Positions 1 to 12,380 of a DNA stretch of 64,000 nt are shown one piece after another. Source of the stretch: Phoronis australis (Eukaryota; Animalia; Phoronida); contig NMRA01000378.1 in assembly GCA_002633005.1 (NCBI GenBank), forward strand, positions 227,196-291,195, in the 5' to 3' direction. The position numbers were made by a program, and so were the translations under genes. The number at the start of each line of letters is the position of its first letter. Within the stretch, counting starts at the first letter, position 1. Under the pieces are notes generated by a model. It saw nothing but the letters and a program-made list of their open reading frames with translations, had not been told where the DNA came from and did not search any database.

Positions 1-434
1 TTTTTTTTCCTTTTGCTGTCACAATTTTGCTTTCATATGCAGCAACAATTTGTTTACCCTGACTGACACGCCACATGCCGGAAGAACTCCTGGGTGAGTC
101 TTCACTTTCGAGCCCCTTGTTCCCAGTGGTTTCGTCTAAAAGTAGATGTCTGTATTTTAAGGTTATCTCAAACCTTATTCACAAAAATGGCCATTTTTAC
201 AACATTTCACATGTGTTTAGAAAAATACCTTATCTTCATTCTCGAGGAAATTCAAATACAAAATATACACTGCGTAGCGAAAAAAAGATTTAACAGAACC
301 ACCTTGGAACCGCACAACCGCGTGGATATTTGTTTACAAAGGCAAAACGCAGTTTTGATCCTAAAGGAGTTGTGCGTCTACATGCATACGACCGTTGACG
401 TTGAGAACGCTACGGTCGCCTCAGACCTCTCATG

Positions 435-1247
435 AACACAGCATTCTCTCATGTTTTTTCAACTGGTGCTGAGAATTGTACGGCGGCCGTGGATAGCTCG
501 GTGGCTAGTGGCAATCTAGATAATGCGGTCAGATCCATAACAGATTTGCTGTGGTAGTCGGCCGTATCTACCATGAAAACTCGTACATCTACGAGTAGTA
601 AGACTAAAGTAAATCAAAACTCTCGGACAAAGCAGCCACCCTGGTGGGATGATGAATTGGCTTCGGCCAAACGAGCAAAAATATGGTCTTTAAAACTGTT
701 TCGTAAAAACTCTTCTGTCTTTTACCTTAACATGCACAAAGTAAAAAAGAAAACTCTCCGTGATCTGTTTAAACAGAAAGAGGAAGCATATGAAGCCCGA
801 CATATTGAAGCCATTAAACGTTCCAAAAATAATCCTAAGGAGTTCTGGCAAATAATTAAATCCAATATTTGTACATCTCGTATGTCTCCAACAATTTGTT
901 CGCAGAAATGGCACGACTATTTCAAAGATTTATTGAATCAAAACTGCTCTATCGACGAGTCCTTGAGTCAATTTGCCACGCAGGAAATGATTGAACATGA
1001 TAGTTCGTGTGAAATATGTAGTAACAATTTCCCATCTGATCTTAATACTTATTTCTTGCCCTCTGAAATATGTATGAGGCCATTGAACAATTACCTAATG
1101 GCAAGGCTGGGGGTTATGATGGCGTGATCTTTGAAATGCTAAAGTGCACAAAGGTAACGACAGTGTCAGTATGCATAAGATATTTAATGCACTTTTTGAT
1201 TCTGGGTATTATCCCCAGACATGGTGTGACGCAGTGCTTACTCCAGT
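435..1247 (+). mobile_element. Internal LINE ORF2 fragment, near-identical to 2702-3515
   Basis: ORFs 573-1127 and 1070-1297 match 2573-3394 and 3337-3603 (PPWWDDEL, NPKEFWQII, GKAGGYDGV). The copy ends at the single-n join at 1248. Confidence 0.85.
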
Positions 1248-1627
1248 NAACTGTGGTTGTCGGCACTGCCTATCGAATGCATCTAATAAATAAATAACGG
1301 AGTGGATGCGCCAATTCTCCTGTCATGTGACTTGAATTTCCTGCCATTAAGATTAATATGTTGTGTGGAGTGCCTGTAAATATTGCTGCGTTTATAACAC
1401 GTGTTAAGACGATGTTATTTTTTTAAAACGGTTGTCAGCCAAAGACTGATGATTGACTACAAAAATCATAACGATGCTGCAGTTAAGATGGTCAGACCGA
1501 AGGTTCTTGGAAGGGGCTGTCAAGTCAAGTCAATTTATTTATAGTCGGTTTAAGTAAAACCAGAGAAACATTAGCCTGAAACTATTATAAGTTATGAATT
1601 AAATAAATGTAGATTATTGCATGGCGA

Positions 1628-1751
1628 AGTCGTTATCCCCCGTAATATAGAGCTTGAGTGGATTTATGAGAATTATCGTCCGAGGGGCATTAGACCCGAG
1701 GGCGATAATGCTACAAAATCCACGAGGGCTCTAGATAAGGGGGATAACGAC
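1628..1751. repeat. Imperfect palindrome, probable non-autonomous DNA element remnant
   Basis: gtcgttatccccc pairs with gggggataacgac, with inner arms gtggattt/aaatccac and attatcg/cgataat around central ccgaggg copies. Confidence 0.45.
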
Positions 1752-1866
1752 TGAGAACATTTATTAATCTATTTCTACCACAATCCCCAGCCCCCCTGTA
1801 GTGCACTGCACATAGACCTGGGCGACGCAGAACTGAAAAAAGTGGGGGCTATAGCCCCCCCCCCCN

Positions 1867-4800
1867 TGTTAGGGACGAAGTCCAAATGTACTTATCTACT
1901 TACGACATAATTTGCATCTGTGAAACATGGGCAAAACGCTCAGATCAATTTGAGTTGTCAGGCTATGACTCGTTTAATCTATGTTATAATAAGAAAAAAA
2001 GAAAAGGTAGATACTCTGGAGGCGTTAGTATTTTCATTAAACAGTCAATTTCTAAACATTTCAGACGCATACATTCACAGTTTTCCTTTGGTATCTGTTT
2101 GAAATGTGAGGGGGAACTATTTGGTGTTGTTCAGGATGTTTTGATGTTCTTTGTTTATTTACCCCCTGAAGGTTCAAGTTCATATTTTAATGGCACAGGT
2201 TCACCAGAGAACAGCGGTGTATTATTGTTGCATAGAGAGATTACCAACTTGACTGATCGTTTCAGTGATTGTTCGTTGGCTATTGTGGGCGATCTCAATG
2301 CCAGAACAGGGAATATGGTAGACTTCATTTTAGATGATAGCCCAAAGTATTTGCCATGCCAGGACTGGTATGAAGCGGATACATTTAATTTGCCTAGGAA
2401 TTCTAAGGTAAAACTCTCATTGAGTTATGTCACGAACTTAGTATTCATATTGTCAACGGTCGTTTCCCCGGTGACACTAGGGGTGAGTTTACCTGTCTGT
2501 CGGAGGTGGACGTAGTTTAGTGGATTATGTATTATTATCTACACAACTGTTTGATTTAGTAGAGGATTTTTTGTGGATGAATGGGATGAATATGATCATC
2601 TGCCAATTATTTGTAAGTTTAGGTGTAGCAGGTCAGAGATCAACCCTCCTGTGGTTCCATTGTTACACTCGCATAGCCGGATTCAATGGGAAAGCTCTAA
2701 TGCACAGGCATTTTCTCATGTTTTTTCAACTGGTGTTGAGAATTGTACGGCGGCCGTGGATAGCTCGGTGGCTAGTGGCAATCTAGATAATGCGGTCAGA
2801 TCCATAACAGATTTGCTGCGGCAGTCGGCCGTATCTACCATGAAAACTCGTACATCTACGAACAGTAAGACTAAAGTAAATCGAAACTCTCGGACAAAGC
2901 AGCCACCCTGGTGGGATGATGAATTGGCTTCGGCCAAACGAGCAAAAATATGGTCTTTAAAACTGTTTCGTAAAAACTCTTCTGTCGTTCACCTTAACAT
3001 GTACAAAGTAAATAAGAAAGCTCTCCGTGATCTGTTTAAACAGAAAGAGAAAGCATATGAAGCCCGACTTATTGAAGCCATTAAACGTTCCAAAAATAAC
3101 CCTAAGGAGTTCTGGCAAATAATTAAATCCAATATTTGGACATCTCGTATGTCTCCAACAATTAGTTCGCAGAAATGGCACGACTATTTCAAAGATTTAT
3201 TGAATCAAATCTGCTCTATCGACGAGTCCTTGAGTCAATTTGCCACGCAGGAAATGATTGAACATGATAGTTCGTGTGAAAATTGTAGTAACAATTTCCC
3301 ATCTGATCTTAATACTGATTTCTTGCCCTCTGAAATATGTATGAGGCCATTGAACAATTACCTAATGGCAAGGCTGGGGGTTATGATGGCGTGATCTTTG
3401 AAATGCTAAAGTGCACAAAGGTAACGACAGTGCCAGTATGCATAAGATATTTAATGCACTTTTTGATTCTTGGTATTATCCCCAGACATGGTGTGACGCA
3501 GTGCTTACTCCAGTACATAAACAAGGCAATATCAATGACGAAAATAACTATAGAGGTATCTCCCTGGTGTCTGCTTTGGGAAAACTTTTTACCAAACTCT
3601 TAAATAATCGTCTTTATTACTGGGCTGAAAATAATGATAAACTTTATGAGTCTCAAGCTGGGTTTAGAAAAAGGCNATAAACAAGGCAATATCAATGACG
3701 AAAATAACTATAGAGGTATCTCCCTGTTGTCTGCTTTGGGAAAACTTTTTACCGGACTTTTAAATAATCGTCTTTATTACTGGGCTGAAAATAACGATAA
3801 ACTTTTGAGTCTCAAGCTTGGTTTAGAAACGGTTACTCTACGATTGACCAAGTGTTTACACTTCAAGCTATGTGCCACAAGTATTTGAGTCGGCAGGGTG
3901 GGAGATTTTACTGTGCTTTTGTAGATTTCTCAAAGGCATTCGATCGTATCCCACATAATTTACTATTCTATAAATTGAAAAGCATTGATGTGCATGGTAA
4001 AATTTTCAAAATAATCCGCTCTATGTATAGTAAGTTGCGCACTTGTGTGAAAACTCAAGATGGTCTTACAGAGCTCTTTGATTGTACTGTTGGTACTCGC
4101 CAGGGTTGCATGATCAGTCCATTATTATTTGTGTTGTATCTAAATGAATTTCTGGATAAAATGAGTATGAAAAGTAATATCAATAGCACATATCTCAGCG
4201 AACAAGTGACAAGAGTTAACTCTCTACTGTACGCAGGTGATATGGTGTTATGTTCCTCTACCGCCATCAACTTACAACGTATGCTTAATTGTTTGGCAGA
4301 ATTTTGCAAATCATGGGGCATGCAAGTAAACTTGAAAAAAACTAAAGTGGTCGTTTTCAGAAATGGCGGTCCCCTAAGACGATATGAGAAATGGTTTTAC
4401 AATGGAACATTGGTTGATGTGGTGCCTCATTACAAATACCTAGGACTACTTATTACTCCAAAAGGTTCGTGGACCAAAGCCATTAAAGCCTTATCTAGTC
4501 AAGCAAATAAAGCTGTCTCTGCAATTTGTAAATTAAAGCGAAGATGTGGTGATCTGCCCCCGTCAATAGCCTTTCACTTGATCGATAAAATAGTTTACCC
4601 CTGTCTGTGTTACGGCGCTGAGATATGGGGCTTTAAGGAATATGAACAATTGGAAAATGTACATATCAAGTTTTGTAAACGCATTTTAGGAGTAGGCAGT
4701 TGTTGTTCAAACTCGGCAATTATGGGAGAGTGTGGTCGATTCCCATTGTCTACTAAATATTTTGTTTCTTGTATAAAATACTGGTTCAAAATACTGGAGA

Positions 4801-5290
4801 TGTCTAGTAATCGTGGGGTAAAAGCTGCATATGATATGCTTTTTCAGTCAGACCTGATCGGAAGATCCTCCTATAATTGGGCAAGTTTTGTAAGGAAACT
4901 TTTGTCTGTGTATGGTTTTTCAGAAGTATGGATTAATCAGGGTGTGGTAAATCAAGCGTATTTCTTGACTGTTTTTTCNATTAAAGCGAAGGTGTCGTGA
5001 TCTTCCCCCGTCAATAGCCTTCCACTTGTTCGATAAAATAGTTTACCCCTCTCTGTGTTACGGCGCTGAGATATGGGGCTTTAAGGAATATGAACAATTG
5101 GAAAATGTACATATCAAGTTTTGTAAACGCATTTTAGCAGATAGCCTACTTATTAAATTCGTCCATCACGCTCTCAAGCGTCATAATGTGTTATCCGGTT
5201 TGTAACGTGCCACCTAACAATGTTCTGTCTTGTACATGATATACTTGGGGCCTATGGCCATGTGTATATGTCTCAATAAACAAAACAAAT
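1867..5290 (+). mobile_element. Degenerate non-LTR retrotransposon (APE endonuclease + reverse transcriptase ORF2; RTE-X/CR1-like) with 3' UTR
   Basis: APE motifs: DIICICETW, GRYSGGV, GDLNARTG, DYVL, DHLPI. RT motifs: NYRGISL, QAGFR, FVDFSKAFD, GTRQGCMISPLLF, LLYAGD (YADD mutated), YKYLG. Several frameshifts. The 3' end has ggcctatggcc, AATAAA (5275) and a short A-rich tail. Clade assignment is tentative. Confidence 0.92.
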
Positions 5291-6041
5291 TAAATGTCGG
5301 TACATTGACGTTTGTTGAATATGCGATCAATGCGCGTCCACTATTCTATTTTCACGTTCCATGACCTCAGCTGCTGAGTGGTACAGAGGTGCATATTGAT
5401 TTAAGTGAGACTTCCGGAAGAACATTAAGTTTACTGAGCTGGCTATCCAATATAAATCAAGATTTTGAAAAATAATTAAAGCATCCACAACAGTGATTCA
5501 GAGGTGATCCTATCCAAACCACATGCTTAAATGAAAATACCTGACGGACGTTTTTCTAAGGGAGGCCTGTGAATCACGACCCTAGCTGTTAAAAGTTTTA
5601 TGCTGAATGACGTCACGTAATCTATGTTCACATTGTAGTTGTTGCACAATAAATTGACGTCGCGCAATAATCAAACTTACTCGGTGTATAAGTTATAGTT
5701 TTATGAAATTCAGCTGTTCAGTCACTTTCACAAATTAGAACTCTTGCAACAATTTTCCTAATACATAATAAAATTATCAGGAACAGAAAAATCAGACGGA
5801 GTAAGTACTGACAGTGACATTAAACCGTCGCTGCCAATGTCTGTCATAAATACGGGTGTTACTGGAGAACAGTAGATTCAATCAGTGTTTGTTTACATTG
5901 AATAGTTAGAGTTTCTGCCACTATGTGTCTCTCTTGACTGGCGTCTAGTTTAGGTATGCTCAGTGAGGTTCTTCATCTTTTGTTTTTGACCTTTGTGTTT
6001 CAAGTATCTAAAGTTTAAGTTCCATGTTCAAAGTTGCAGAA

Positions 6042-6212
6042 CAGTGGCGGATTTAGAGGGTTGCCAAGGGGGCCATGCCCCCCTAAAATTCTCTTAGGTT
6101 CCTTTGGCAATTCTGGGGTGCAAATTTCTGACGGACAAAATCCCGCTGGCTAATTCTCTGCCCTGGTCCCCCCCCCCCCCCCCCATATCTCAAAATCCTA
6201 GTTTCGCCCTTG
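6042..6212 (+). mobile_element. MITE family 1 (CAGTGGCGGA...TCCGCCCCTG type), copy 1, 5-bp TSD cagaa
   Basis: Termini cagtggcgga / ttcgcccttg; cagaa at 6037-6041 and 6213-6217; similar to 22564-22713 and 29195-29367. Confidence 0.75.
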
Positions 6213-8863
6213 CAGAAATCCAATTATTCGGTGATTTTTTCAAGTTATTATATATAGTAATTTTCTAATAAGCCTTGTGAATTATTCGTAGCAATTTTGT
6301 TTTAAATTCCAGGCTTATGTAGGTCTTTGAGACTTGAAATTTACATAGAAGCGTGTCTGAGGCTGAAGTTAGTTATTTTGCATTGTAAAGCCTGTATTTT
6401 TCAGTCAAGTCAGATATTATTCTGTTTGTATGGGTTTTCTAACCACTTAGTTTGGTTGTCAAGCAAGATATGCGGTATTAGTTGTTATTTTGAAGTTTTC
6501 TTAATTTGATCCTTTGACCTTTGTGCAGTATTTTGAATTGATCTTTTTTATTTTGTTGTACATGTATGTATACAGTTTTGTTTTGTCCTTTACAGTCAAT
6601 CGCCTTATATGGTGCAGTCAAGAAGTTCTGCAATAAAAGTTTGTTAAAGCGCATTGGCGAGTTTTGGTCCTTGCAACGACTTTGCTGTTACGTAATTGGC
6701 TCCTTTGTCAAGGCAAGTGGCTTAGAAAGAACTGACAGCTAGTTCTTTCTTCAGATCTAGTTCATGCAATTATAGGTCCACTAACCATTCAACATTCCGG
6801 CAATCACAGTTTACTGAGTAAACGGTGATTGCCATTTTGCGACCTACATGTACGCTATCGCTGTCCTGAGCTTACTCTCAAAACACTAGCCTCTCGCGTG
6901 TTTTTATGGTCTTGCGTGATCACGCTTCCCCTANGTCCACTAACCATTCAACATTCCGGCAATCACAGTTTACTGAGTAAACGGTGATTGCCATTTTGCG
7001 ACCTACATGTATGCTATCGCTGTCCTGAGCTTACTCTCAAAACACTAGCCTCTCGCGTGTTTTTATGGTCTTGCGTGATCACGCTTCCCCCTAAGAAACT
7101 TGTCCAGAACATCCCTTTCCTGTCACGCAAATATCCTGTAGCGACGTTTTATCCGCTGTCTTGAATAAACTGAGAACATTTCACCACGCTAATCATACAC
7201 GGAATGCCTAGCAGCAATCTTCGAAGGAAACATTCGTTAGCTGTATAAACGACATGCCTACGGCGTTTTCTTTTTTGTGACGTTTCCCGCTTCTAAATCC
7301 GCCTTAGAAATTTCTCTAATTGATAGGGTAAACTCGGTTTTTGGGAAGCTAACGCAGTTTGCTACTGGGTAAAATATACCTCTTTATAATTTATTTAGGA
7401 GCTTAAATCGAGTTTTCCGGGTCCTGTGGCTTCAAGGGAAAAACTGCTCCCTGTGTAAGTACTCTGAATATACATTTGAATTTATGTGTTTATGTACATG
7501 TATGTGTAGGCAATGCCTACGATGTATAATAAATGGTGACTTAAATTACAGCAGGTCAACCATATGTTTGAATGCACTTGTGTGCAGCGCTTCGGATGAA
7601 AAATCAAGCCTTCATTCTTTTTAAATGGCCGTCCCAATAACGGCCAGGACGACCGCTAGATGAGTCCCTGGACAGTTTCATTTTATCGGCAGTTTGGGTA
7701 CTTCAACAGTGGTCCAGCGACGCCTCCGCAACAATAGACAAACTTGAAATATCTTAAAGAACGTACGTTTCAAGGACCAAAATCGAGAAAATAGCGACAG
7801 TTTGGTGCATTTTCACACCTTGTTCCCGTGTCATAGAAGCAAAAAATCCCGTAAGAGCCTCGCGGGCCTTTATGTTGATGTGGGCTCATGCAGAAACCCC
7901 TGGAAGTGTGTCCTGGAATAAAGCGTCATCCTGATTTTTGAAGAATTCTTATGTACTATCAGGTAACAATAACAAACATCTAACTAAGAGATCTTTCAAT
8001 GGCTCTCACTATGAAAGTCAACGAACATGGACTTTCAAATACTGTAACTATGGGTGAATAATACATGTAGTTCCTTCCAGACCTCCATCTGTTTGATCTG
8101 TTTACATGTTGGTTTTCCCCGCGGGACGCCAGTTCTAAACAGTGTCTGTCTGTCATGTACCTCCTCGTCCGGACTTTTGGATCAAAACATTCGATATTGC
8201 TCATAAAGCTTCCTTTCGCCTTTCAACAGCTTCCAGACGATCTAGCATTGGCGAGAAGTGGTGTTTTGTGCTGGAAACTGTCAATTTTGTGATTTTGCCA
8301 TCATTTTCGGAACCTAATTTGGGAAATAAAAGGACCAAAAATTATGTGTAGCAGTTTTGAGGTGAAACGTCTCTCATTGTTTCATTGTGTTCATACAGTT
8401 TTCGTCAGAGTGGAAGAAAGACAGCGGTCGGTAGTATCCTGTATACACAGCCAAGCAAAATTCAATGCGAAGTGCACAATGCATCCTAAATCTCTGTCTT
8501 TGAGACGTTGTCTTCTCTAAGGTTATCGGTATATTTGTAGTAGCTGGCATGTTCAAACACAAACGTAAGAATCAAATTATTACTCCTGCACTTCAGTTTC
8601 CTCTGATCTCAGCGGGAAATGCAATGAAAAGATAATTGCGCACTGAGTTGAACTGACCAATTCATTTCCAGAAAGACGCTTGATTACAACGTAGCGAAGC
8701 TCTAAACGATTCACCATCAACAGCGCAGAAACAACAGATGTAGCAATTGCCATTTACCGACAAATGTAACAAAATATTGGCGGACCGCAAATGTAAAAAA
8801 TCCCAAAAATAGAAATTGCATTTACGGTTGAAGTCGCCAGCCACCTTAACCCCTTGTGTCATN

Positions 8864-9015
8864 AATACGTCGCGCCAGTAGGAATTACCAATTAGAGTTA
8901 ACTTCGACTTAATAAAGTCATCTCCAAATGAAGCAAAATTCTTTAAGAACGGGTAGAGTGAGTACAGTAATTCACCACTTTTAGACGCAGGGCTTTCAAG
9001 ATATCTTCGGGCCAG
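8864..9015 (-). mobile_element. Possible L1/Tx1-type LINE ORF2 fragment
   Basis: Minus-strand translation ARRYLESPASK..ELLYSLYPFLKNFASFGDDFIKSKLTLIGNSYWRDV resembles the post-RT N.FW.DV region of Tx1 elements; recognised by eye only. Confidence 0.4.
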
Positions 9016-10749
9016 TGGTGTTTTGTGCTGGAAACTGTCAATTTTGTGATTTTGCCATCATTTTCGGAACCTAATTTGGGAAATAAAAGGACCAAAAATT
9101 ATGTGTAGCAGTTTTGAGGTGAAACGTCTCTCATTGTTTCATTGTGTTCATACAGTTTTCGTCAGAGTGGAAGAAAGACAGCGGTCGGTAGTATCCTGTA
9201 TACACAGCCAAGCAAAATTCAATGCGAAGTGCACAATGCATCCTAAATCTCTGTCTTTGAGACGTTGTCTTCTCTAAGGTTATCGGTATATTTGTAGTAG
9301 CTGGCATGTTCAAACACAAACGTAAGAATCAAATTATTACTCCTGCACTTCAGTTTCCTCTGATCTCAGCGGGAAATGCAATGAAAAGATAATTGCGCAC
9401 TGAGTTGAACTGACCAATTCATTTCCAGAAAGACGCTTGATTACAACGTAGCGAAGCTCTAAACGATTCACCATCAACAGCGCAGAAACAACAGATGTAG
9501 CAATTGCCATTTACCGACAAATGTAACAAAATATTGGCGGACCGCAAATGTAAAAAATCCCAAAAATAGAAATTGCATTTACGGTTGAAGTCGCCAGCCA
9601 CCTTAACCCCTTGTGTCATCACGATTAATTATCTGGTGTCGCGAATCGTATTAAAATTCCAATCGAAAGCCATGATACCAGCTCAATGGAATTTTTACGC
9701 TTACAGGACTGTGGGATATACCTAGTCCACGTATCTGTTGATTCCAAATGCAAATGTACGTTATCCGCTTGAAATTGCGTGGCTGACGGAAGTCCCACAA
9801 TCCATTGCAGATATCCCTTAGATATCCTACCACTCTTTAATCGTAAAAAGTCGAGAATGCAATTGTTGTTCGCTATCAATTCGACAAAAAATTTTCAAAT
9901 GCCACAAACTTGTTTTCTTTTATTACCATACATTCAGAGATACAATGTCGAACAGTAACATAGTGATTAAAGTAATACATAATACATAACACACCGATTA
10001 ATACGTGGACAACACTGAAGTGGCAAATCCCGTGGTTTCATTTAGGAAACAGTAAGATTAAATTTGCCAATAACACGGTAATTCATAACACCAGGGCTGA
10101 GTTGCATAGAGCTTCAAAAGTTATCGCTGGATAAGTTTGATCATTGTTACATGACGCCAGGTGCATTGTTCAGCAATAACAACGTGACACTTGATAATGC
10201 GACGTTATTATTTCTATACGGCGTATAACTTTTATGCAACTGGGATTAGCTGTAAAATGCAATCCAGATCTGTGTACAGATTCATACAATGTAGAGTTTA
10301 TATGTTAAAACTACTCCCCGGACGATATTACAGCCCAAAGGTCGTGAGGTCGCACTTGTTCTGTGTAGTCGGTGGTCGCCATCATTTTTTAAAATGCATT
10401 GCACTTAAAATACACAGATACGCTAGTAAAAAGATTACAACATTGAACAGTGACAACTCAAAGAAGGAAAGTTTTCATTATTTTTTACTTTACAAAATAT
10501 ATTTCCCCAAATATGTTAAATCAGTATATATTTACTCACGACTTGCTGGCCTTCAGCCCATATAGTATACAGTAGACTTTTTATTTCTTCAAAAGTACAC
10601 AGTTGCTTAGTACTAACATGGAAAATATGAAAAAATATATTTTAATAAGCTACCTTGAAAATCATGTCTTTACAGAACATAAACTTTTTAAATTTAAATA
10701 ATGGTGACAAATGCGAGTTTTTTCTAAAGGCTATGTTCTCAAGTTTGGG

Positions 10750-11507
10750 GCAGAATTGATTAAACACACGACTCTTTTTGTTATTGACAGTCTTTATTCC
10801 GTTTCGTTCATATGTTCGGAATAAAACTCTTCACTCAACGGAACATCGATGAATTAACTGACCAAGAGACATGATTAAAAGGTACAAGATATTTCGAAAC
10901 ATACTTGTTTCATTCTCAAGAGCATACATGTAAGCTGGAGACATATACATTGGAACACCGCAGGTGTGAAATGCTGCAAAGAATGAAAAATGAAGGGGGT
11001 AACAGGAAAGACACGCAAACAAGTGTAACGTGCGGCGCGACCCTGTTTGCTGCTCATTCAAAACAGGCTTCTCAAATGCAATCAAATGGGACTCCAATAC
11101 TTTCAATCGCAGCGCACCGTGCTGTACGTTCCGAATCGACGTGTTCTCCACAACTTGTTGATGGGTGATTTTACGTTTGTGACATTACAGAAAATGATCT
11201 TGGAAGGCGCCATTTTGTTTGCGTGACTTTCCGGTTACCCCCCCCCCCTTCATTTGTCACTCTTTGCAGTATTTCACACTTGCCGTGTTCCACTGTGTAT
11301 GTCTCCAGATTATGTTCTGTGGTGGCATTACTGCGTCATTTTATTTCCACTTGAGAATGAAACATATATGCTTCGAAATACCGTGTACCTTTGGGTCAGT
11401 TACTTCATTAATGTTCCGTTGAGTGTAAAGTTTTACTCCGAATATACAAACGAAACGGTATGAATACTGTCAATAACGAAAAGTGTCGTGTGTTTAATCA
11501 ATTCTGC
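10750..11507. mobile_element. Foldback / long-TIR non-autonomous element
   Basis: gcagaattgattaaacacacgac...gggggtaac (10750-11002) is an imperfect reverse complement of gttacccc...gtcgtgtgtttaatcaattctgc (11234-11507). Confidence 0.75.
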
Positions 11508-11807
11508 TTATAGGAAACCTTGCTCCCGAAGTACAGCCAAGTTTAGGGCACTGTAAAAGCCATTTTGGTGTTTCGATTTGCATGTGCCGTTTTCGAGTTC
11601 GCAATTTTAGTGTGACCAACCGCAAATTTCGAAGCGTTTTTTTCTCGAGTCGCTGATGGTTTCAATGTTCTCGGTGGAAATAGAATCCTATTACTATTAT
11701 ATAAGGGATTTATGAGACCGTTGTTTTATGGTAAAAGGTCGATTTCGTTTTTCATTTTAGCAAGCTAAATAGGGTGAAATGCCGTTTTAAAGTCTGCCAA
11801 GAAAACT

Positions 11808-11995
11808 ATAGACCCTATTCACGCCGACAGGAAGCGCGTTCCAAAACGAGGCTCGCTACGATAGCTCTGGTGCGCGTAGTTGTACTCCGCGTTGCTCGAA
11901 CAGCTAGAAAAAAACGGACACTCAGCTGTCTGTTTTTCAATCCTTAAGGACGTTGGGATTCGGAAGCGTTGGGTCCTTGCGACGAAGGAAAATGT
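11808..11995 (+). pseudogene. THAP zinc-finger remnant at the 5' end of a DNA transposon
   Basis: SCTPRCSNS*KK...KDVGIRKRWV (one stop, frameshift), downstream of a terminus-like tatagaccctattc. Confidence 0.4.
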
Positions 11996-12380
11996 GTCCG
12001 TTTAAAATTTATAACTGTTTTCGAATCATAATTTGTCGCATCAACAACAAATTAAACCAGATGTGACTAATTGCACATGATAGCAAAATGCTATAAGCCA
12101 GCTATGTCTAATATATCGTCAACAATACGACCACATGACCTGGTTCGTGTAGAAAGCATTTTTATCAAGAATTTATTAGAAGATACCTAACCCTGCATTC
12201 AGCATGATACCTAATCCGTAACATTACGATCGCCGCAATTTGGTCATGTTTACTTTTCATGTTTCGAACCTAGTTTTCCGGAAAAAAACTTATATCCATT
12301 CGTCATACAACTTTTTGGTGCATTGACTTGTTTTTAAACGGATTTTTCTACGTCTCTGTGGTTAATTATTGACACATTTT

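Noticed and set aside
3517-3835. Internal duplication in the LINE RT region
   Set aside because: It straddles n 3676 and is probably a scaffolding artefact.
6775-7093. Tandem 159-bp duplication
   Set aside because: The copies abut a single-n join (6934); most likely unmerged contig overlap or haplotypes.
8257-9620. 600-bp direct repeat with duplicated short ORFs
   Set aside because: Near-identical copies either side of n 8863, probably an assembly or haplotype duplication; the ORFs have no recognisable motifs.
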